Assembly (NCBI GenBank): GCA_964651335.1
Contig: CAZYVT010000014.1
Location: 365 to 64,364 of the forward strand
Reading direction: 5' to 3'
Source of the DNA: an uncultured Enterobacteriaceae bacterium
GTDB taxonomy: Bacteria; Pseudomonadota; Gammaproteobacteria; Burkholderiales; SG8-39
Length of the DNA: 64,000 nucleotides
The notes below the pieces were generated by a model that saw only the letters and a list, made by a program, of their open reading frames with translations, was not told where the DNA came from and did no database searches. How positions within the stretch are numbered: position 1 is the stretch's first letter; each line of letters opens with the position of its first letter. A program made the position numbers and the translations under genes. This document shows, piece by piece, positions 59,682 through 64,000 of the stretch.

Positions 59682-59789
59682 GCGCGATCCGTCCGCTTGT
59701 TCTGAGATGCGGATTAACGAAGGAGTTGAGCGGCGAGCGGCCAAAGCGCGTAGCGCGACGGCCGCACTCTCGTTCGCTCCAACGCGTTG

Positions 59790-60452
59790 TCAGGCCGACA
59801 TGCCTTTGCGCCTGAACTCTTCATCGATTGTCCTGTGAACAACGGCAAGCACACTGTCAATTGATTGGTCGAGCAATTCGAGGCTCTTCGGCGAGATATC
59901 CCAGCTCATATCGGAATGAACGTATTTGCCCTCGGAAAACCCGGCATAGATTCGATGAGGCCCGGCATTTGGATCACTCCGGACCTCTTTTACACGATCT
60001 TCATTTCGCTGCCCAGGAAGCCGATCGTGAAAATGCTCAAAGCTGTTACGACCCGCGACGTAGTGTTCAAAGTGCTTTCGATGAGCGTCGAAGACCTTTT
60101 TTGCTTCGAGAAACTCAGTTTGTCCGACCAGGATTTCCAGCATATTTCTGCAGTTTCCCCATGCAACAAAATAGAAATGAACTTCGTAGAGCACCGGTCG
60201 CATTCGCAACATCCCATCTCGCACATACGCGCGCATTTCCACCTGGGACGCTCCGGGCTTTGGCTCTGGAAACAACGACTTCGAGCCAGCTATTGCCTCC
60301 GCAATTCGGGCCATTTGCCTATGTGCTGCCGCACGATGTAGCTCGAGCCGGCTGTAAGCAAAGGTTGCGGCATTTCCATTTGCAACAACGAAGAACAACT
60401 TCTCTCCGTGCGTCATGGACGCCCAATACTCTCGCGCCGCGTTGGTAGTCAT
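59790..60452 (-). CDS. Hypothetical protein, low-GC cassette-like gene (220 aa) with Rx4H motifs (possible HEPN-like)
   Basis: Start at MTTNAAREYW (ATG 60452). GC is visibly lower than the surroundings. The sequence is helical and contains ...DAHRKHFEHYVAGRNSFEHFHDR... with RKHFEH and RNSFEH both fitting Rx4H. No other family signal. Confidence 0.5.
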   Translation of the reverse strand: MTTNAAREYWASMTHGEKLFFVVANGNAATFAYSRLELHRAAAHRQMARIAEAIAGSKSLFPEPKPGASQVEMRAYVRDGMLRMRPVLYEVHFYFVAWGNCRNMLEILVGQTEFLEAKKVFDAHRKHFEHYVAGRNSFEHFHDRLPGQRNEDRVKEVRSDPNAGPHRIYAGFSEGKYVHSDMSWDISPKSLELLDQSIDSVLAVVHRTIDEEFRRKGMSA

Positions 60453-60461
60453 GCGGCCTAT

Positions 60462-60513
60462 CGTGCCGTTAACCCGCGGGCCGCTCGCGGCCCGTCGGCG
60501 TTGAACGGATTGG
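60462..60513 (-). repeat. attC-like imperfect hairpin element, copy 1
   Basis: Minus strand: ccaatcc GTTCAAC gccgac GGGCCGC ga GCGGCCC gcgg GTTAAC ggcacg. It lies 29 nt after the stop of gene 60543..61445, and its paired part ends 13 nt before the ATG of gene 59790..60452. Confidence 0.6.
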
Positions 60514-60542
60514 ACCGCCACAATGAATCAGGTCGCCCGGCA

Positions 60543-61445
60543 TTACAGCGGAAAGGTGGTCGAGTGACTGAACGGAAACTTAGCCTTCACAAACTCGACC
60601 ATCACAGCGCCGATCTTCTTCCCGAGTTTCTTTGAAGGCGACTCGACCATCTCCCCACAGGCGGTATCGAGAAATTCCCACTTGTCTTTCCATGGTGCGG
60701 AAAAATGAACCCCAGGAGGCTGGATGAGCGGGAGGAGTCGTAAGGCCATCCAGCTGATCTCAGCGAAACGGTTCATAAACATGGCGAACGCCTGCTCTCT
60801 AAAAGTCGGGAGAGCCGGTAGCGGCGATTGGCCCCTGAGCCACTCCTGTGAGGCGGCGAGAGACAGGCGAGCTCCATGGACCTCGTAATCGAACATCGCG
60901 TCCCACAGCGCCAGTTCATCAATAGTCGCCTGAGTTAGACCGCTTTGATTTCCCATCATTTGGTTCTTGACAGAAAACTCCGTCTTCTTCCTAAGCTTTC
61001 TCGCGCTGTCTGCATCAAATGGCTTTCCCGGTTCGATTCCTTCGATGGCGTAATAGTCTGTCAGCTTCTGAAGTGCGGCAGAGACGAGGGTTAAGTTGTC
61101 AAAGGTATTACGAAGAATTGTGTACGCTTGATAGGGGTAACCGTAAATCGCAAGCCGTTCGGAACCAAACAGCGACTGGAAATTATGGACAAGGCGAGGA
61201 AGAAAAAGCCCATAGAACTCAGAAAGCGGAGTGGTCACCTTCGGACGGCACTCGGTATTCATGAGTTCAACCGTTTCAAGATAGAAGCACTTGAGTGCAT
61301 CCGATAGAGCGAGGTAGCCCTGAAATCTAAGAACTGCCTGGCTGTGTTTCTGTTCTTCGTCGAAGAGCAAGTGTGCGCGCCCATACGCAACGCCCTTGTA
61401 TTCGGATATTTCTCCCAGCCGCCGGATCATTTCTTCTGGAGTCAT
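60543..61445 (-). CDS. Hypothetical protein, low-GC cassette-like gene (300 aa)
   Basis: Clean 300-aa ORF at roughly 50% GC by eye against a much richer background. All-helical composition. No motif I can assign (ILRNTFDNL is only a degenerate RN motif). Confidence 0.55.
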   Translation of the reverse strand: MTPEEMIRRLGEISEYKGVAYGRAHLLFDEEQKHSQAVLRFQGYLALSDALKCFYLETVELMNTECRPKVTTPLSEFYGLFLPRLVHNFQSLFGSERLAIYGYPYQAYTILRNTFDNLTLVSAALQKLTDYYAIEGIEPGKPFDADSARKLRKKTEFSVKNQMMGNQSGLTQATIDELALWDAMFDYEVHGARLSLAASQEWLRGQSPLPALPTFREQAFAMFMNRFAEISWMALRLLPLIQPPGVHFSAPWKDKWEFLDTACGEMVESPSKKLGKKIGAVMVEFVKAKFPFSHSTTFPL

Positions 61446-61472
61446 AGATCCGTGGTCTTAGTGGAGGCCCAC

Positions 61473-61527
61473 CGTGCCGTTAAACCGCGGGCCGCACGCG
61501 ACCCGTTGGTGTTTAACAGATGGTTGG
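61473..61527 (-). repeat. attC-like imperfect hairpin element, copy 2
   Basis: Minus strand: GCCCAAC catct GTTAAAC accaac GGGTCGC gt GCGGCCC gcg GTTTAAC ggcacg gtgggcc. It starts 5 nt after the lipoprotein gene stop and lies about 31 nt before the ATG at 61445. It shares ~80% identity with copy 1, with stem-preserving changes. Confidence 0.6.
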
Positions 61528-61532
61528 GCAGC

Positions 61533-61937
61533 TTATTTGGCGGCGACACAATTTTGGACGACGAAGGCACATTGCTCGCCTTCAGCGACTAGGCCGCCTG
61601 TACGGCCTGCGTAGTTGACCTTTTCGACGCGTCCACTGCGCAAGATAAAGCTAACCTCGCAATAGCGACGTTGGACCGTCGCCACTCCGCCTCCGGCAGT
61701 CGATGCCGCGCCACCGCCCGCAACTATGCTGTCACCGCCACCGACATACGTCATAACTTCCGTGTCACCAGAAGAAGCGGTTCGCACGGGAGCGCCGGCA
61801 CATGACAAAAGCGCTGCCTTGGACATGCCAACAAGCTCGATCTGAGCACGCTTCGCGGTCTCGGCGCGTTGTTGAGCTGCGCACCCCGATAGTACGGCGA
61901 TCAAGAGCACCAGAAGCGCGGCATTTTTCGTGTGCAT
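61533..61937 (-). CDS. Hypothetical lipoprotein
   Basis: Lipobox ALLVLLIAVLSGCAA, a Gly/Ala-rich centre, and two Cys pairs. No family recognised. Confidence 0.6.
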   Translation of the reverse strand: MHTKNAALLVLLIAVLSGCAAQQRAETAKRAQIELVGMSKAALLSCAGAPVRTASSGDTEVMTYVGGGDSIVAGGGAASTAGGGVATVQRRYCEVSFILRSGRVEKVNYAGRTGGLVAEGEQCAFVVQNCVAAK

Positions 61938-62131
61938 GCGTTTCCCCCTTTGCGCGTATCAAGCGGCGCAACTATTGAATGAGCAGCTCGCGGGCCATGC
62001 TAGGACGATCCACCCGTAGATGCAACGATCCACGGAGAGATCGAACAATATTCGGGCAGATATCTACCGGCAGATCTCACAGCCGCGACGCGCAGGTCGG
62101 ATGGTGCGGTCCAGCGCGGCTCATCCCGCTT

Positions 62132-62341
62132 CTACACCTTCTTCGCGGAATATTCCTCGGCAATCTTGTCGTCGAAAAACGCGCTCGGGTTGGGCGCGTT
62201 CATGAAGCGGCGATACACCTCGGGGTAGACCTTCGAGTACTGAAACACCTGGCGGTTCGTCATTTCGACTTCCAGCACCATGCTCTTTTCGTCGTAGCCG
62301 ATCGAGCGGATCTTCGACGAGTTGACACGCTTTCTTTCCAT
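62132..62341 (-). CDS. KTSC domain protein
   Basis: VNSSKIRSIGYDEKSMVLEVEMTNRQVFQYSKVYPEVYRRFMNAPNPSAFF matches the KTSC (PF13619) pattern. The start overlaps the upstream stop (TGATG). Confidence 0.8.
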   Translation of the reverse strand: MERKRVNSSKIRSIGYDEKSMVLEVEMTNRQVFQYSKVYPEVYRRFMNAPNPSAFFDDKIAEEYSAKKV

Positions 62342-62712
62342 CAGGCGGCCTCGACGCGGACCCGGTCGCCGCTATTCACTTTGGCGAGCACCTGCGCATC
62401 ACCCACCACCCGCCCAAGCACATTGCAGCGCGAGACGAGCTTGGGCTTGCCGTCTTTGCCCGAGATCGGGGTGCGTCCGTAGGGCAGGGCAAGGGAGGAT
62501 CCCTCGACCCAGAAACAAACGGCGCCGGGTTCCACGGTCTGGCGCGCGTCGGGCTCGAGGTCAGCGCTCAACGGCGCCTCGAAATACACCTCTTCGCCCC
62601 AGGTCCGAGCCACCGACTCGAATGGCAGCACTTCGATGAGCGCCTTCGCGGTGGGAGTTTCGTCGAGGGCTACGACGAAAGAGGTTTCTCCCGCTTTGAT
62701 TCTGAGTTTCAC
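62341..62712 (-). CDS. Cyclophilin-like fold protein (PF18050-like)
   Basis: VKLRIKAGETSFVVALDETPTAKALIEVLPFESVARTWGEEVYFEAP...EPGAVCFW is typical of the family. The GTG at 62712 overlaps the TGA of the upstream methyltransferase (GTGA). Confidence 0.75.
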   Translation of the reverse strand: MKLRIKAGETSFVVALDETPTAKALIEVLPFESVARTWGEEVYFEAPLSADLEPDARQTVEPGAVCFWVEGSSLALPYGRTPISGKDGKPKLVSRCNVLGRVVGDAQVLAKVNSGDRVRVEAA

Positions 62713-63542
62713 TTGCCCGGCGATGCGCTCCAAGGCGACTTCGCTCCTCCTGCTTCCACCACGCCTTCTATGAGATTGCCCTTCACGGTACCGGAGAAGT
62801 GGCCGCTGCGCCCGGCAAGCTTGAAGCTGAGCTGGTCGCCCTTCAGCCGCACGTCTTCGAGCGGGATGTCCTTGCCATCAAGCCGCGCGGATCCCGAGAC
62901 CTTGGTCACCTGCTGCCTCAGATCCAGCCGCACCGGCCCCTTGTTCACGCTCGCCGGCACGTTGGCGCTCCACTTTCCCGCGACTTTCGCCGGGACGACG
63001 TACAGATAGATCAGCGTCGTCGTGACCCCGCTGATCGCAACCTTGTCCTCGAGGTCCATCTGGACGTATTTCTCCGGAATCCACCCGGCGAGCGGATAGT
63101 CGTGCGAGAGGACTCGCGTGCCGGGCTTCAGCTCGGCCAGCAGCTTGTCCTTCAGCATGTTCACGGTGTTGGGAAGCAGGTACATCGTCAACACCGTCGC
63201 CTGCGAGATGTCGGTCTTGAACAGGTCCTGCGTGATGAACTTGACGCGGTCGGCAAGACCTTCCTTCCGCGCTGCCTCGTTCGAGAGCTTGACCAGCTTG
63301 TCCTGGATCTCGACGCCGAAGCCGCGCGCGCCGAACACCTTGGCCGCGGTGAGGACGATGCGCCCGTCGCCGGAGCCGAGATCGATGACGAAGTCGCCGG
63401 CGCCGACTTCCGCGAGCTTGAGCATGTCGGCGACAACGCTTTGCGGCGAGGGCACGTAGGGACCGGCGTTGACCGCCTTTTCTTCAGCCAGGACGGACGT
63501 GGCGACGAATGACGCAATCAGGAGAGCGGAGAGAATTTTCAT
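62709..63542 (-). CDS. Class I SAM-dependent methyltransferase with N-terminal signal peptide/anchor and C-terminal beta-rich domain
   Basis: MKILSALLIASFVATSVLAEE signal-like N-terminus. PYVPSPQSVVADMLKLA...VIDLGSGDGRIVLTAAK (motif I). The ATG at 63542 lies 4 nt after the recJ stop. Confidence 0.75.
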   Translation of the reverse strand: MKILSALLIASFVATSVLAEEKAVNAGPYVPSPQSVVADMLKLAEVGAGDFVIDLGSGDGRIVLTAAKVFGARGFGVEIQDKLVKLSNEAARKEGLADRVKFITQDLFKTDISQATVLTMYLLPNTVNMLKDKLLAELKPGTRVLSHDYPLAGWIPEKYVQMDLEDKVAISGVTTTLIYLYVVPAKVAGKWSANVPASVNKGPVRLDLRQQVTKVSGSARLDGKDIPLEDVRLKGDQLSFKLAGRSGHFSGTVKGNLIEGVVEAGGAKSPWSASPGK

Positions 63543-63546
63543 CGGA

Positions 63547-64000
63547 TCAGGCTTCCACATGTTCGAGCGTGAGCTGCACGCTCTTCAGGCCGTTGAACTC
63601 GTTGACGGCGATCCGGTACGCGGCGCGCACCCGGGACGGCAGCGGATCGAGCGAGTTGAAGCGCATCGCCTCCAGCCGCCTGCCGTCCTTCAGCAGCCGC
63701 AGTTTCAGGTGGCGCACGCCGACAACGCGCTGGCTTTCGACGGCGAATGTATCGCAGAAGAGCGGTGGCGGAAAGCCCTGCCCCCAGATCTGCGATTCGA
63801 GCATCTGCGCGACCGCGAGCGAGTGGTATGCCGCTTCGAGCTCGCCGTCGGTTTCAACCACTCGAGAGCGCTGCTCTTCGGGCAACAGCTCCGCTGCGGT
63901 GCGCTCGAACAGCGCGGCGAAGCGCTCGAACTCGGACTCGTGGATCGTGAGGCCGGCCGCCTGCGCATGCCCGCCGAAGCGAAGCAGCAGGCCCGGCGCG
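63547..64000 (-). CDS. recJ: Single-stranded-DNA-specific exonuclease RecJ, C-terminal part (5' end outside window)
   Basis: The frame is open to the window edge: ...PGLLLRFGGHAQAAGLTIHESEFERF...ETDGEL...IWGQGFPPPLFCDTFAV...RHLKLRL, the RecJ C-terminal OB-domain region. Confidence 0.85.
   Translation of the reverse strand, partial: APGLLLRFGGHAQAAGLTIHESEFERFAALFERTAAELLPEEQRSRVVETDGELEAAYHSLAVAQMLESQIWGQGFPPPLFCDTFAVESQRVVGVRHLKLRLLKDGRRLEAMRFNSLDPLPSRVRAAYRIAVNEFNGLKSVQLTLEHVEA

Noticed and set aside
59682-59789. A third attC-like site downstream of gene 59790..60452
   Set aside because: The region has some inverted symmetry (ggag...ctcc, gcggcc...ggccgc) plus CAAC and GTTAATC strings. 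However, the arms pair poorly and share no similarity with the two conserved copies. It may simply be the old promoter region of the truncated oxidoreductase.
61938-62131. attC-like or other structured element upstream of the lipoprotein gene
   Set aside because: Only short hairpins (cgatc...gatcg) and small direct repeats (atctgcc, gtggatcgt) are present. There is no similarity to the two hairpin elements.

Overview
GC-rich (about two-thirds G+C by eye) proteobacterial chromosomal segment of about 60 protein-coding genes. I saw no rRNA, tRNA or CRISPR array. Synteny looks Betaproteobacteria-like, but that is inference only: bamD/rluD/pgeF, recJ...prfB-lysS, and phaC-phaA-phaB-phaB-phaR-bktB. 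Most of the window is housekeeping or metabolic. It includes a 2892-aa cyclic beta-1,2-glucan synthase, cspA, typA/bipA, a DinG-family helicase, a Fe(3+) ABC transporter, a full PHA operon, and prfB with its classic +1 frameshift site. Many long ORFs in the track are antisense shadows typical of high-GC DNA and were not called. Six items merit a second look. (1) A tightly packed five-gene operon at 16302-20774: DUF971, CCAEP-tail radical SAM, ATP-grasp ligase, SAM methyltransferase and a TIGR02466-type 2OG oxygenase, with no known pathway. (2) A roughly 5-kb accessory islet splitting recJ from prfB-lysS. It holds two low-GC hypothetical genes, each preceded by a conserved attC-like hairpin with compensatory changes; one gene carries Rx4H (HEPN-like) motifs. 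(3) A 42-bp palindromic element inserted in frame in typA. (4) A 52-bp near-perfect, AT-richer palindrome abutting the start codon of an orphan xanthine-dehydrogenase-family gene. (5) A 21-bp in-frame tandem repeat in the glucan synthase. (6) A small Lys-rich ORF whose A6 run connects by -1 to a startless downstream reading frame. All family assignments rest on motifs read from the translations and on memory of the families. No database search was run.
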